Below, one piece after another: positions 34,859-44,857 of a stretch of DNA of 64,000 bases. Position 1 is the first letter of the stretch, and each line of letters opens with the position of its first letter. The stretch is from positions 64,920 through 128,919 of the forward strand of contig JAJVII010000008.1 in assembly GCA_022072085.1 (NCBI GenBank), in the 5' to 3' direction. The notes under the pieces are model-generated. The model was not told the DNA's origin. It was given only the letters and a program-made list of their open reading frames with translations, and did not search any database. This DNA is from Phycisphaerae bacterium (GTDB lineage: Bacteria; Planctomycetota; Phycisphaerae; JAJVII01). A program made the translations under genes and the position numbers.

Positions 34859-37825
34859 TCAGGGCGTCTTCTTCGCCTGATCGGCGACGTCCTTCAAACC
34901 CACCTTCTCCTGGGCGTGGTAGTCCAGCTTGACGCTGAGGATGCGGTAGTTGCCGTAATCGGCGATGAACAGCCGGTGGTCGGTCCAGGTGGCGACGTAG
35001 CTCGGCTTGGCCAAAGCCACCTCGTCGCCGCCGACGGGATGCGGGTCAGCCGGTCCATCCGCCAGCACCAGCGGCCGTCCGTCGTCGACGTTGCCGTATC
35101 GCCCGATGCGCATGATGAGGTTGCCATTGGTGTCCAGCACCGCGACGCGGCTGCGGGCCAGTTCGGTGACGAAGGAGCGGGCGTAGAGGTCCAGCGTCGG
35201 ACGGGCGTTCCAGCAGGAGCAGTTGGGCGCCCAGTGGGGAATGAACCCGTCGCAGCCGACGCCGCCGTACATCCACTCGGCGCCCTGGGCCCAGGCCAGG
35301 CCCCCGACGGCCTCGCGCACGTCCGGCTTGCGGTCGGGGAACATGTCCTTGGGAAGGTTGACCACTGTCTTGCTGGTCGAAAGAATCTTGGCCTGGCCCG
35401 GCTTGAACTTGACCAGCGTCTCGCTGCTGATGGGCAGATAGCCCTCGCGCTGCGGCGTGTTGCTGGAGGCGTTCTGCCCGGGCAGCAGGCGTCGGGCCGC
35501 CCATAGCGCGTAGATGTTGTCGTCACGGTCGATCGCCAGCCCGTCGGTTATGGACAGCCCGGGCACGACGTCCTCCCGGACGACGTTGCCGTGCTCATCC
35601 CAGATGTGAACCTCGCCGTACCTCGCCCGTCCCGGATAGATCGGCGGGGCATACTGCCGCCCCACCGCAGCCGGCAGCGCCGGCCCGGCCTCGGTGCGGC
35701 TGTGATGCTCGGGGATGTTGTAGCAGGAGACGACGATGTTCCCGCGCGGCGAGACGGCGAACCCGCCCAGGTGAAATTGACCCGGCTTGCCGGTGGTCGG
35801 CAGGCGGATGAATGAGTTGACCGTGCGGCCGTCGCCATCGAAGCCCGGGTGCTCCAGTTCTTCGCCGTAGTCGAAGGGCACCTCGCGAAGGTCCTTCAAC
35901 TGGTAGCGTCCGACGGCCACGTCGGTGCGGAGATAGAGCATCCCGTAAAGGTCGAACGCAATCTCCTCGGTCGTGAACGGCAGGGGAATCTCGCGCGTCG
36001 CGTTGGTGTCCGGGTCGACCTCCAGCAGCGAACGCGTGGACTTGCCCACGCCACTGTCGCCTTCCATGACGTAGAGCTTGCCGGTCGTCGGGTTTACGTA
36101 GAGCCGCTGCCGCTCGTGGGCCGGCGTCGAGGGGGGATCGATCCGCCCCACCTTCGTGGCGACGTCCTTGGCGAAGTTGTCCACCTCGTACAGTTTCCCG
36201 CCCTTCTCGATGGCCAGCCGATAGTGGCACGCCGCCCAGCCGGAGAACTGCCATTGGCCCTTCGAGTAGTCCCGCCGCTGCTGCATCAGTTGCGAGTCCG
36301 AATCGCCGCTGCCGGGCACGATCCAGAGCGTCGGCGGATCGGCGTGGAAGTCCATGAACAGCTCGTGCGTGTTCCACGTGCGGTTCATGAAGACGCCCTC
36401 GCTGTAGGAGGCGAACGGCAGCGGGCAGCTCATGATAGCCTTCGGATCATCCACCGGGCCCAGGTGCGTGAAGGTCGCCTTCAGCCGGATGTCCGGCACG
36501 TGCGGCAGCAGCGCCAGCCACGAGCCGACGTAGATGTCCCCGTTCTTCGGCGAGACGAACACCCGCAGCGGCTTCTGGAACGCTACGCTCTTGTAGAGCT
36601 TGCCGTCGGGCGTGAAGACCTGGATGCGGTCATTGATATAGTCGGCGACGTAGAGTCGGCCGGCGGAGTCCATGGCCAGCGACGAAGGCGACGTGAAGTG
36701 GGTCGCGTCCTTGCCCGGCTTGAGCGGCTCGCCGATGAACGGTTCGGGCGGCTTGTCGCCGGCATACTCCATCCGCGTCACCGCGTTGCCGAGCAACAGG
36801 TAGAGCCACTTGCCGTCGGGCGAGAAGACGCTCGCCGAAGGATAGATCCAGGTCGGGTTTCCCTCGCGGTCGGGTCGGCCTGACTCCGCGGTCTGCGGGC
36901 CCTCCAGCGGCAGCCCGCCGGTCGTTCCGTCGGTGGCCAGGCGGTTGAGCCGGCGCATCGTCAAGGCCAGCCGCCCCGGCCCCTGGCCGCCCGGCCCGGG
37001 CGACCAGGCCATCGCGGTCGCAGCCGAGCCGTACTTCGTCGGGCCGGTCCGGCCGGTGCCGACGCCCGCGTTGCTGCCGGAGGTCAGCAGCGTCTGGAAG
37101 AAAATGCCCTGCCACTCCGGAATCATCAGCCCGTCGATCGGCGAGCGGAACCACTGCAACCCCTTGACGCCCGACAGCACCGCCTGCATCGAGTCGGGTC
37201 CGCCGGCCTTGGCGGCGTCGGAGGAGTAGTCGCCCGGGAACGGATAGACCGTGCGGACGTAGTTGCCCTTGTGATCGAACAGACGCAGGTGATCGATGCC
37301 GCCGGCTTCGTGAACGTAGACGCCCTCTGGGGCGGCGGCGAACTGCGGCCGATTGCCCGGCGCGATCCGCTTCTTGGGGCTCCAGAACAGCGTCCGCTCG
37401 AACTGCGCCCGCAGCCCCAGCGACACGCGCACGGTCATCGCGTCGATCCGGTCGACGTAACGGCCCTGGTCGTTCTTGCCGTCCCAGACGATCGACTGCT
37501 TCTTCGAGTCCTTGGCCAGCGGCTCGGGCGCATTGGGCCCCAGCACCCCGCTGGCCAGATGCCGGACGATGCGGCCGCTGGCATCCTCGATCGCCACCGT
37601 CACGTCGCACAGGCCCTGCGATTCGAACGCGATCGTGACCCGGTCGCCGCTTCGTGTCACGACCGGCTTGCTCGCAAACGCATAGACCGGCTCACGCTTG
37701 ACCTTGAACTCGTCAAGCTGCGCGACGGGTTCCTGCCCGAGCAAAGGCCGGACAGCCGCCAACGCAAGCCACGCCACCAGACACACGCCAATTCGCTGGG
37801 TCACATTGCACCTGCCTGTCGCCAT
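34859..37825 (-). CDS. Secreted FlgD-Ig-like plus NHL/beta-propeller protein, paralog of 29877-32414 (start may be GTG 37804)
   Basis: DASGRIVRHLASGVLG...WDGKNDQG; MDSAGRLYVADYINDRIQVF; DTNGNLIMRIGRYGNVD. Confidence 0.82.
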   Translation of the reverse strand: MATGRCNVTQRIGVCLVAWLALAAVRPLLGQEPVAQLDEFKVKREPVYAFASKPVVTRSGDRVTIAFESQGLCDVTVAIEDASGRIVRHLASGVLGPNAPEPLAKDSKKQSIVWDGKNDQGRYVDRIDAMTVRVSLGLRAQFERTLFWSPKKRIAPGNRPQFAAAPEGVYVHEAGGIDHLRLFDHKGNYVRTVYPFPGDYSSDAAKAGGPDSMQAVLSGVKGLQWFRSPIDGLMIPEWQGIFFQTLLTSGSNAGVGTGRTGPTKYGSAATAMAWSPGPGGQGPGRLALTMRRLNRLATDGTTGGLPLEGPQTAESGRPDREGNPTWIYPSASVFSPDGKWLYLLLGNAVTRMEYAGDKPPEPFIGEPLKPGKDATHFTSPSSLAMDSAGRLYVADYINDRIQVFTPDGKLYKSVAFQKPLRVFVSPKNGDIYVGSWLALLPHVPDIRLKATFTHLGPVDDPKAIMSCPLPFASYSEGVFMNRTWNTHELFMDFHADPPTLWIVPGSGDSDSQLMQQRRDYSKGQWQFSGWAACHYRLAIEKGGKLYEVDNFAKDVATKVGRIDPPSTPAHERQRLYVNPTTGKLYVMEGDSGVGKSTRSLLEVDPDTNATREIPLPFTTEEIAFDLYGMLYLRTDVAVGRYQLKDLREVPFDYGEELEHPGFDGDGRTVNSFIRLPTTGKPGQFHLGGFAVSPRGNIVVSCYNIPEHHSRTEAGPALPAAVGRQYAPPIYPGRARYGEVHIWDEHGNVVREDVVPGLSITDGLAIDRDDNIYALWAARRLLPGQNASSNTPQREGYLPISSETLVKFKPGQAKILSTSKTVVNLPKDMFPDRKPDVREAVGGLAWAQGAEWMYGGVGCDGFIPHWAPNCSCWNARPTLDLYARSFVTELARSRVAVLDTNGNLIMRIGRYGNVDDGRPLVLADGPADPHPVGGDEVALAKPSYVATWTDHRLFIADYGNYRILSVKLDYHAQEKVGLKDVADQAKKTP

Positions 37826-38050
37826 CAGGACGGCCGATTTCCCGGCCGCAGTCTCCCGTTGCGAACCTCCCGTGGCCGCAACGCCCGCCTGCTTTACAGT
37901 GTAAACACCATCCAACGGCAATGCGGCCGCTGATCCGGAGAAACCGGGCGGTGGGAGATTCCCCGGGTTCGCGCCGTCATCCCACGGACTCGGCGGCTGG
38001 GAAACTGTCATCGGCGAGGACCCTCAAGCCCATGGGAAGTGCCAAGCAAA

Positions 38051-38083
38051 GACGCCCGCTGCCAAGTGTGAGCAACGGGCGTC
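38051..38083 (-). terminator. Hairpin downstream of tRNA-Val
   Basis: GACGCCCGCTGC / GCAACGGGCGTC stem followed by TTTG on the minus strand. Confidence 0.6.
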
Positions 38084-38089
38084 ATTCGA

Positions 38090-38163
38090 TGGGCGATACA
38101 GGACTTGAACCTGTGACCTCTTGCATGTCGAGCAAGCGCTCTAGCCAACTGAGCTAATCGCCC
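38090..38163 (-). tRNA. tRNA-Val(GAC), CCA not encoded
   Basis: GGGCGATTAGCTCAGTTGGCTAGAGCGCTTGCTCGACATGCAAGAGGTCACAGGTTCAAGTCCTGTATCGCCCA folds as a cloverleaf; TTGACG-N18-TATAAA promoter at 38174-38203. Confidence 0.97.
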
Positions 38164-38240
38164 GCGGCCACTCTTTATATCCCCTTCCAACGAACGCCGT
38201 CAAGCCTCAATTGCCCGGCTGGGGCTGGCCCGGCCGCAAA

Positions 38241-38269
38241 TTGATAAGACCCGCATCCGTCTCTATAAT
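38241..38269 (+). promoter_or_regulatory. Sigma70 promoter of mutL
   Basis: TTGATA-N17-TATAAT. Confidence 0.75.
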
Positions 38270-38316
38270 GCCCCTCGCGTGAGCGGACCGGCGCCAAACT
38301 TTCGACGGGGCCCAGG

Positions 38317-40242
38317 ATGGGTCGAGTACATGTCCTGCCTGCCAACCTGGTGAACAAGATCGCCGCGGGCGAGGTGATCGAGCGGCCGGCGTCCGTCGTC
38401 AAGGAACTGGTCGAGAACGCACTGGACGCCGGGGCATCGCGGATCGAGATCGCCATCGAGGCCGGCGGAAAGGGCCTCGTCCGCGTCGCCGACGACGGCG
38501 TCGGCATGGACCGCGACGACCTGGCCCTGTGCGTCCAGCCGCACGCCACCAGCAAGCTGAACGACGAGAGCGACCTGTTCGCGCTGCACACGATGGGCTT
38601 CCGCGGCGAGGCCCTGCCCAGCATCGGTTCGGTCTCGCAGATGCGCCTCTGCACCCGCACCGCCGACAGCGACGCCGCATGGGCCGTCGACGTCGACGGC
38701 GGGCGGATCGCCCCGCCGACGCCGGCTGCCGGTTCGCCCGGCACGGTCGTCGAGGTCCGCAACCTCTTCTTCAACACGCCGGCCCGGCGGAAATTCCTCA
38801 AGGCCGATTCCACCGAGATGGCCCAGATCAGCGAGGCCCTGGCCCGCATCGCCCTGGCCCACACCGAGGTTGCGTTCCGCCTGACGCACAACGGGCGGCT
38901 GGCCTACGATCTGCCGGCCACTGAGGATCTCGCGCGGCGCATCGGCGACTTCTTCGGCGGCGACCTGGCCGACACGCTGATGCCCGTCGATCTCGCGCCG
39001 GCCGACGACCAGTCGCCGGGCATCCGCGGGCTGATCGCCCCGCCGCAGCACTCGCGCCCGTCGGCCAAGTGGCAGTACGTCTTCCTCAACGGCCGCTACA
39101 TCCGCGACCGGTTCGTCCAGCACGCGATGCGCGAAGCCTACCGCGGGCTGATGGAGCCGTCGCGGCAGCCGGTGGTCTTCCTGTTCATCCTGCTGCCGCC
39201 CGAACTGGTCGACTTCAACGTCCACCCGACCAAGATCGAGGTGCGGTTCGCCGACAGCAACCGGATCCACTCGGCCGTCCTGCGGGCGTTGCGCGATCGG
39301 CTGACGCGGACGGACCTGACCCACGCCGGCCGCGGGCCACGGGAGGCCTCGACGCCCGAACCGGACGAGCCGATCGCCGACGAGGACGAGTCCGCCCGGC
39401 AGGAGCGTATCCGCCTGGCGATGGCCGAGTTCTTTCGACGGGCCGAGCCCGTGCAGCGCCGTATGGTCTTCGAGCCCGAAGCCGGCGCCAAACAACCGAC
39501 CGAGCCGCTACCCCCCTACGAGCGACGCGCAGCCGCCACGCCGCTGTTCGAGGGCCGCCCGGGCCAGCCGCCCTCCCCAGACGCCCCAGACGCGCCGCCG
39601 ACCGACGCCTCCGCAGCCGCCCGCGTAGGCGATGTGCCGCGCGAGCGGATCGACCTGCCGCCACCGGGCGCCCCGGTCGTGCAGATTCACAACACCTACC
39701 TGGTCACGCAGACCGACGACGGGCTGCTCATCATCGACCAGCACGCCCTGCACGAGCGGATCATGTATGAGACGCTCTACGCCCGGCTGGTGGACCCGGC
39801 CAAGGCGGGCCTCCAGGGCCAGCGGCTGCTGATCCCGCAGCGCGTTTCGCTGGGCGAGCCGCAGGTGGCGTTGCTGCTGGAGAATGAGGGACTGCTGGCC
39901 CAACTCGGCATCGAGTTGTCGCGGTTCGGCCGAGGCGAGGTGGCGATCCAGTCGTTCCCGGCACTGCTGGAGCGGCTGGACCCGGCGCAGTTCATCCGCG
40001 ACCTGGCCGATCGGCTGGCCGACGCCCCGCCGTCGGGCAAGGAGGCGTTCGTTCACGAGGTGCTGGACATGATGGCCTGCAAGGCAGCCGTCAAGGCCGG
40101 CGATCCGCTGACGCCCGAGGAGATCGCCGCCCTGCTGGCTCAGCGCGACCTGGTCGAGCGTTCCAGCAACTGCCCCCACGGCCGCCCGACGACCTTGCGG
40201 TTCTCCATCGCAGAACTCGAAAAGCAATTCAAGCGAAGATGA
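38317..40242 (+). CDS. mutL: DNA mismatch repair endonuclease MutL
   Basis: IAAGEVIERPASVVKELVENALDAG, GFRGEAL; endonuclease motifs DQHALHERIMYE, ACK and CPHGRP. Confidence 0.98.
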   Translation: MGRVHVLPANLVNKIAAGEVIERPASVVKELVENALDAGASRIEIAIEAGGKGLVRVADDGVGMDRDDLALCVQPHATSKLNDESDLFALHTMGFRGEALPSIGSVSQMRLCTRTADSDAAWAVDVDGGRIAPPTPAAGSPGTVVEVRNLFFNTPARRKFLKADSTEMAQISEALARIALAHTEVAFRLTHNGRLAYDLPATEDLARRIGDFFGGDLADTLMPVDLAPADDQSPGIRGLIAPPQHSRPSAKWQYVFLNGRYIRDRFVQHAMREAYRGLMEPSRQPVVFLFILLPPELVDFNVHPTKIEVRFADSNRIHSAVLRALRDRLTRTDLTHAGRGPREASTPEPDEPIADEDESARQERIRLAMAEFFRRAEPVQRRMVFEPEAGAKQPTEPLPPYERRAAATPLFEGRPGQPPSPDAPDAPPTDASAAARVGDVPRERIDLPPPGAPVVQIHNTYLVTQTDDGLLIIDQHALHERIMYETLYARLVDPAKAGLQGQRLLIPQRVSLGEPQVALLLENEGLLAQLGIELSRFGRGEVAIQSFPALLERLDPAQFIRDLADRLADAPPSGKEAFVHEVLDMMACKAAVKAGDPLTPEEIAALLAQRDLVERSSNCPHGRPTTLRFSIAELEKQFKRR

Positions 40243-40341
40243 TTCGCCGCTGAGGCGCAGAGACGCTGAGGAAGACCCGAATAAGATCAGGCGGACACCG
40301 ATTGTCCGATTTTCTCAGCGGCTCTGCGCCTCAGCGGCGAA
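40243..40341. repeat. Long inverted repeat (REP-like or bidirectional terminator) between convergent mutL and rsmB
   Basis: TTCGCCGCTGAGGCGCAGAG.CGCTGAG ... CTCAGCG.CTCTGCGCCTCAGCGGCGAA. Confidence 0.8.
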
Positions 40342-40342
40342 A

Positions 40343-41755
40343 TCAGCGTACGCGTTCGAGAACGGCCCAGTAGCCGCCGTCGAAGTCGCGCTCCAGGGAC
40401 GGGAGGGTCAGCTTGTCGCGAACGAGGCGGACCTGGCCCTGGCGGCGGGCGATGGCGTGCTTCACGACGCCCTCGTTCTCCTCCGGCTCCAGCGAGCAGG
40501 TCGAGTAGACCAGCAGGCCGTGCACCGCAACCCAGTTCAGCCCGTCCATCAGCAACTCCCGTTGAAGCCGCGTCAGGTCGGACAGGGAATCCGCAGAGTC
40601 CAGCCGCCAGCGGGCCTCGGGCCGCCGGGCCAGCACGCCGCTGTTGCTGCACGGGGCGTCGACCAGCACGCGGCTGACCGGCTCGGCTTCCAGCAGCGTC
40701 TCGGGCATGTTATCGGCCGCCAGCGAGGTCACGATGTGGCAGCCCATCCGCTTGCAGTTGGTCGTGATGCGGTCCAGGTCCGCGGGGCTCACGTCCACCG
40801 CCCAGACGCGGCCGGCGTCGTTCATCCGCTCCACGATCTGCGTCGTCTTCGTGCCCGGCGCGGCGCAGCGGTCCAGGACGTTGAGGCCCGGCCGAAGGGC
40901 CATCTGCTCGACGACGGCCGCCGCGGTCGCGTCCTGCGGCTGGATCAGCCCCTCGCGCAGGCAGCGCGACGCCAGGGCGTCGCCGGCCCTGATCCGCAGC
41001 AGCGACGAACCGGGCGCGACCGGCTCGGCCTCGACGTTGTCGGCTGACAGCAGCCGCACGGTCTCCTCCGGCGTGACGCGCAGCGTGTTGATCCGCACGG
41101 TCATGCCCGGCCGACGGTTCTGGGCCCGCGCGACCGACAGGGCCCGCTCCAGGCCCCACTGTTTGACCCAGCGGGCCGTCAGCCACGGCGGGAAGGAGTA
41201 GGCGTCGGCCAGCCACTGCCCCGGCTGACTCTTGGGCGGGGCGAAGATGTCGCGGTCCAGCACGGCGTAGCCGTCGGCCGTCTCGATCAGACGGCGCCGA
41301 TCCGACCCGCGAGCCGACTCGGCGTGGCTGCGCGAGCCGGCCAGCGAACGGAGCAGGCCGTTGATGAACCCGCCGATGGAGTCGGGATGTTTGCGCAGCC
41401 GCGGCCGGGCCCACTGCTTGCCCAGCTCGACGGTCTGATCGACCGCGGCGTGATCGGGGATGCGGCTGGTGAACAGGAGTTGGTAGGCGCCCAGCCGAAG
41501 CAGCAGGGCCAGCGGCGGAGCGATCTTGGCGATCGCGCGGGAGCTGAACGCCTCGATGACCAGGTCGAGCGTCCGCTGGTGGCGGATGACCCCGGCAGCC
41601 AGTTCGTAGGCCAACCCGCGGTCGCGGGTGTCTAGTTCGGTGGGCTCGGCCAGCGTGTCGAAGACGTCGGCCAGGAACGGCCCGCGCGGCCGGACGCGAG
41701 TGAGGGCCTCGGCAGCCAGCGAACGGGCGTCAGTGATCGGTTGAGAACGCGGCAT
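40343..41755 (-). CDS. rsmB: 16S rRNA m5C methyltransferase RsmB/Sun with NusB-like N-terminal domain
   Basis: LRLGAYQLLF...AAVDQTVE; CAAPGTKT, DAPCSNSG, YSTCS; adjacent to fmt. Confidence 0.93.
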   Translation of the reverse strand: MPRSQPITDARSLAAEALTRVRPRGPFLADVFDTLAEPTELDTRDRGLAYELAAGVIRHQRTLDLVIEAFSSRAIAKIAPPLALLLRLGAYQLLFTSRIPDHAAVDQTVELGKQWARPRLRKHPDSIGGFINGLLRSLAGSRSHAESARGSDRRRLIETADGYAVLDRDIFAPPKSQPGQWLADAYSFPPWLTARWVKQWGLERALSVARAQNRRPGMTVRINTLRVTPEETVRLLSADNVEAEPVAPGSSLLRIRAGDALASRCLREGLIQPQDATAAAVVEQMALRPGLNVLDRCAAPGTKTTQIVERMNDAGRVWAVDVSPADLDRITTNCKRMGCHIVTSLAADNMPETLLEAEPVSRVLVDAPCSNSGVLARRPEARWRLDSADSLSDLTRLQRELLMDGLNWVAVHGLLVYSTCSLEPEENEGVVKHAIARRQGQVRLVRDKLTLPSLERDFDGGYWAVLERVR

Positions 41756-41775
41756 GCGGGTTCCTTCGTGCGGGT

Positions 41776-42726
41776 TCAGGAGATCGGGCAGAAGCGGTCG
41801 CCCGGGGCGAGGTGGCGGCCGCGTGCAAAGTCGGCGAAGCTCATTTCCTTTCGGCCGGCCGGCTTGACCTCGAGCAGTTTCACGCGGCCCAGCGCGGCGG
41901 CGACGGTCAAATCCTCGGCCACCGTGCCCGGTTCGACGGCCGGCCCGCCTTCGCCGGCACTCGCAACGGCCCGCACGAGGACGACTTCCTCGGCGCGGCC
42001 GCGATGGGTCACCAACTCCGCCCGCGCCCCGGGCCATGGATAGAGGCCGCGGATGCGACTGGCGACGACAGCCGCCGGCTGCCGCCAGTCGATCGCGCCG
42101 TCGCTCTTGTGGAGCTTGGGCGCGGGCGACGCGAGGGAGTGGTCCTGCTCGACGAAGCGGGCCGATCCGTCGGCGACGGCGTCCAGCGTCGCCAGGATCG
42201 CGTCGGGGCCCATGCCCGCGAGGCGCTGCCGCAGTTCGCCGGCGGTCTCGGTCGGATCGAGCGGCGTGCGCGACTGGTAGACGATCGGCCCGGCGTCCAT
42301 CTTCTCGACCAGGCGGAAGACGGTCAGGCCCGTCTCGGTTTCGCCGTTGATGACGGCCCAGGAGATCGGCGCCGCCCCGCGGTAGCGCGGCAGCAGCGAG
42401 CTGTGCAGGTTGACGCAGCGATGGGGGAAGCCGGCCATCACCGCTTCGCCCAGCTTCTGGCCGTAGGCGATGACCACGCCGATGTCGGCGCCCCAACCGG
42501 CCAGCGTCGTCAGCGCGCCGGGGGCGTTGATGCTGTCCGGCTTGATCAGCGGCAGGCCATGGGCCGTCGCCCAGTCGGCCACCGGGGTGGGCGTGAGATG
42601 CCGCCCGCGGCCGGCGGGCCGATCGGGCTGGCTGACGACGCCGACCAGCGCGTGCCGCGGGCAGTCAGCCAGCGCGTCCAGCGTGGGCAGCGCGAAGTCG
42701 TCGGAGCCAAGGAAGGCAACTTTCAT
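41776..42726 (-). CDS. fmt: Methionyl-tRNA formyltransferase
   Basis: SQPDRPAGRG, NLHSSLLPRYRGAAPI, MDAGP. Confidence 0.97.
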   Translation of the reverse strand: MKVAFLGSDDFALPTLDALADCPRHALVGVVSQPDRPAGRGRHLTPTPVADWATAHGLPLIKPDSINAPGALTTLAGWGADIGVVIAYGQKLGEAVMAGFPHRCVNLHSSLLPRYRGAAPISWAVINGETETGLTVFRLVEKMDAGPIVYQSRTPLDPTETAGELRQRLAGMGPDAILATLDAVADGSARFVEQDHSLASPAPKLHKSDGAIDWRQPAAVVASRIRGLYPWPGARAELVTHRGRAEEVVLVRAVASAGEGGPAVEPGTVAEDLTVAAALGRVKLLEVKPAGRKEMSFADFARGRHLAPGDRFCPIS

Positions 42727-42963
42727 GCGGGGGATTCTACGACGGCGGAGCGCGGAACGGAACTGCAAAGGTCCGCCCGCCTGGGCCGGCGGCGTAGGGG
42801 GCGAAGTTGAATGGACGGGCGGCCCGCGGGGCCTTAATATATAGACGAAAGGCACATACGGCGGTCATTGGGTGTTGACAGGAATCGGAGGTCCGTTATC
42901 CTAGTCTGGCTTGCGGCCGGTCCACGCCAACGGACCCGAGCCGAACACCCTCGGCGGTACAAG

Positions 42964-44421
42964 ATGGCAGAAGAAAACAACAGCGCCGAACAACTCGATA
43001 CCGAGCCGGCCCTGAAGCGCGACCCGCGGACGGCAAAGCGTTTCTTTGAACGCGCCGCCGAGGTGGCTGCCACGGGCAGCTACGACTACGCCATCGACCT
43101 CTACCGCGACGGGTTGAAATTCGACCCCGAGGACGTGGAGGCCGGGCATAAGCACCTGCGCGAGGTGGCCCTGCGTCGAAAGGCCAACGGCGGCAAGAAG
43201 CCCGGCCTGCGCGACCAGGCCAACTACCGCAAAGCCCGCAGCCCGCTGGACAAGCTGCTGGCGTCGGAATACATGCTGGCCAAGGAGCCCGACAATCCGC
43301 GATACGCCGAGTCGGTGATGTCGGCCGCCCTGAAACTGGGGGCCGAGAAGACCGCCCTGTGGTTCGCCAAGCTGCTGATCGAGCTGAACCGCGAGTCGGG
43401 CAAGCCGACGGTGGAACGGACCCTGGCCGCCGCCGACGCGATGGAGGCGGTGCGCGCGTTCGCCGAGGCGGCCAACGCCGTGCAGTTCGCCCTGCACCTG
43501 AAGCCCAACGACCAGGGGCTGCTGACGCGGCTGAAGAACCTGTCGGCTGAAGCAACGATGAAGCGCGGCCGATACGACGAGGAAGGCGGCGACTTCCACA
43601 AGTCGATGGACAACGCCAAGGCCCAGGCCGAACTCCAGGAAGAGCAGCGGCTGGTGCAGCGCGAGGACGTGATCGACCGGCAGATCGACAAGGCCCGCGA
43701 AGAATACGAGGCCGAGCCCGAAGTGCCCGGCAAGATATTCTCGCTGGTCGACCTGCTCCAGAAGCGCAGCCGTGAGGAAGAGGAGAACGAGGCCATCGCG
43801 GTGCTGGACAGGGAATGGAAACGGTCCAGCCAGTATCGCTACAAGGAGCGGATCGGCGACATCCGCATGCGGCAGAACCGCCGCAAGGCGCAATCCGCGT
43901 TGGAGGACCTCAAGGCCGCCCCGGGCGATCCGGAACTCCGCCGCCGGGCGCAGCAGATTTCCGTCCAGGCGCGAGCCTTCGAGGAGCAGGAATTCGGCGA
44001 GCGGGTCACCAACTACCCGACGGACATGTCGCTGAAGTTCGAGTACGCCCGGCGGCTGTTCCTGAACAGCAAGTTCGACCAGGCGATCCCGCTGCTCCAG
44101 CAGGCCGAGGCAGACCCGAAGAACCGGTTCCGGGCGATGAGCCTGCTGGGCCAGGCGTTCTTCAACCTGAAGTTCTTCAGCGAGGCGGCCGACACGTTCC
44201 GCCGGGCGATCAGTTCAATGGAAGTCACCGGCAACGACATCAGCAAGGAAATGCACTATCACCTCGGTCGGGCGCTGGAGGAGATGGGCAGCACCAAGGA
44301 TGCCTTGGCCGCGTTCAGCCAGGTGCTTCAGTGGGATTTCAACTTCCGCGACGTGCGCGATCGGATCAAGGCTTTGCGTGAGAAACAGGAAGGCGGCAAC
44401 GGCGCCTCTCCGGAACAGTAA
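42964..44421 (+). CDS. TPR-repeat protein
   Basis: YDYAIDLYRDGL, FDQAIPLLQQA, YHLGRALEE..., DFNFRDV; TTGACA promoter element at 42875. Confidence 0.85.
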   Translation: MAEENNSAEQLDTEPALKRDPRTAKRFFERAAEVAATGSYDYAIDLYRDGLKFDPEDVEAGHKHLREVALRRKANGGKKPGLRDQANYRKARSPLDKLLASEYMLAKEPDNPRYAESVMSAALKLGAEKTALWFAKLLIELNRESGKPTVERTLAAADAMEAVRAFAEAANAVQFALHLKPNDQGLLTRLKNLSAEATMKRGRYDEEGGDFHKSMDNAKAQAELQEEQRLVQREDVIDRQIDKAREEYEAEPEVPGKIFSLVDLLQKRSREEEENEAIAVLDREWKRSSQYRYKERIGDIRMRQNRRKAQSALEDLKAAPGDPELRRRAQQISVQARAFEEQEFGERVTNYPTDMSLKFEYARRLFLNSKFDQAIPLLQQAEADPKNRFRAMSLLGQAFFNLKFFSEAADTFRRAISSMEVTGNDISKEMHYHLGRALEEMGSTKDALAAFSQVLQWDFNFRDVRDRIKALREKQEGGNGASPEQ

Positions 44422-44478
44422 CCTTCAGACCGCTGACCCCTTACAGGCATCAGCACTCAGTAGCGAGGACTCCAACAG

Positions 44479-44754
44479 GTGGCAAAGAGCGTATCGGCTA
44501 AGAAGCGTATTCGACAGAACGCCCGCCTTCGCGATCGCAACCGCGGCCGCAAGACCCGGCTGAAGAACGAGCTGCGCAAGGCCCGCGCCGCCGCCGACTC
44601 CGGCGACGCTGCACAGGCACAGGCCGAGCTGCGCAGCGCCAGCAAGGTCATCGACCAGATCGCCTCCAAGGGCACGATCCACAAGAACAAGGCCTCGCGG
44701 CTGAAGTCGCGCCTGGCCAAGCGGGCGAACAAGGCCAAGACCCGCTCAGCCTGA
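44479..44754 (+). CDS. rpsT: 30S ribosomal protein S20
   Basis: SAKKRIRQN...KGTIHKNKASRLKSRL; GTG start. Confidence 0.97.
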   Translation: MAKSVSAKKRIRQNARLRDRNRGRKTRLKNELRKARAAADSGDAAQAQAELRSASKVIDQIASKGTIHKNKASRLKSRLAKRANKAKTRSA

Positions 44755-44857
44755 CCGCGCGGCACCGTTTTGACTCTCACGGGGCGGACGGCCAGGTCGG
44801 TCCGCCCTGTTTGCTGCGCGGAGGCGTCCTTCCCCCGCGCCACGACGGAGCACCGCA

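Noticed and set aside
9822..38163. Accessory block as an integrative element inserted at tRNA-Val
   Set aside because: No integrase is present, and I found no duplicated tRNA 3' end (att site) by eye.
41756..42496. N-terminal extension of the 717-aa rsmB ORF, or an fmt-rsmB fusion
   Set aside because: Alternative frame of fmt; fmt has its own stop and rsmB has its own RBS and ATG at 41755.
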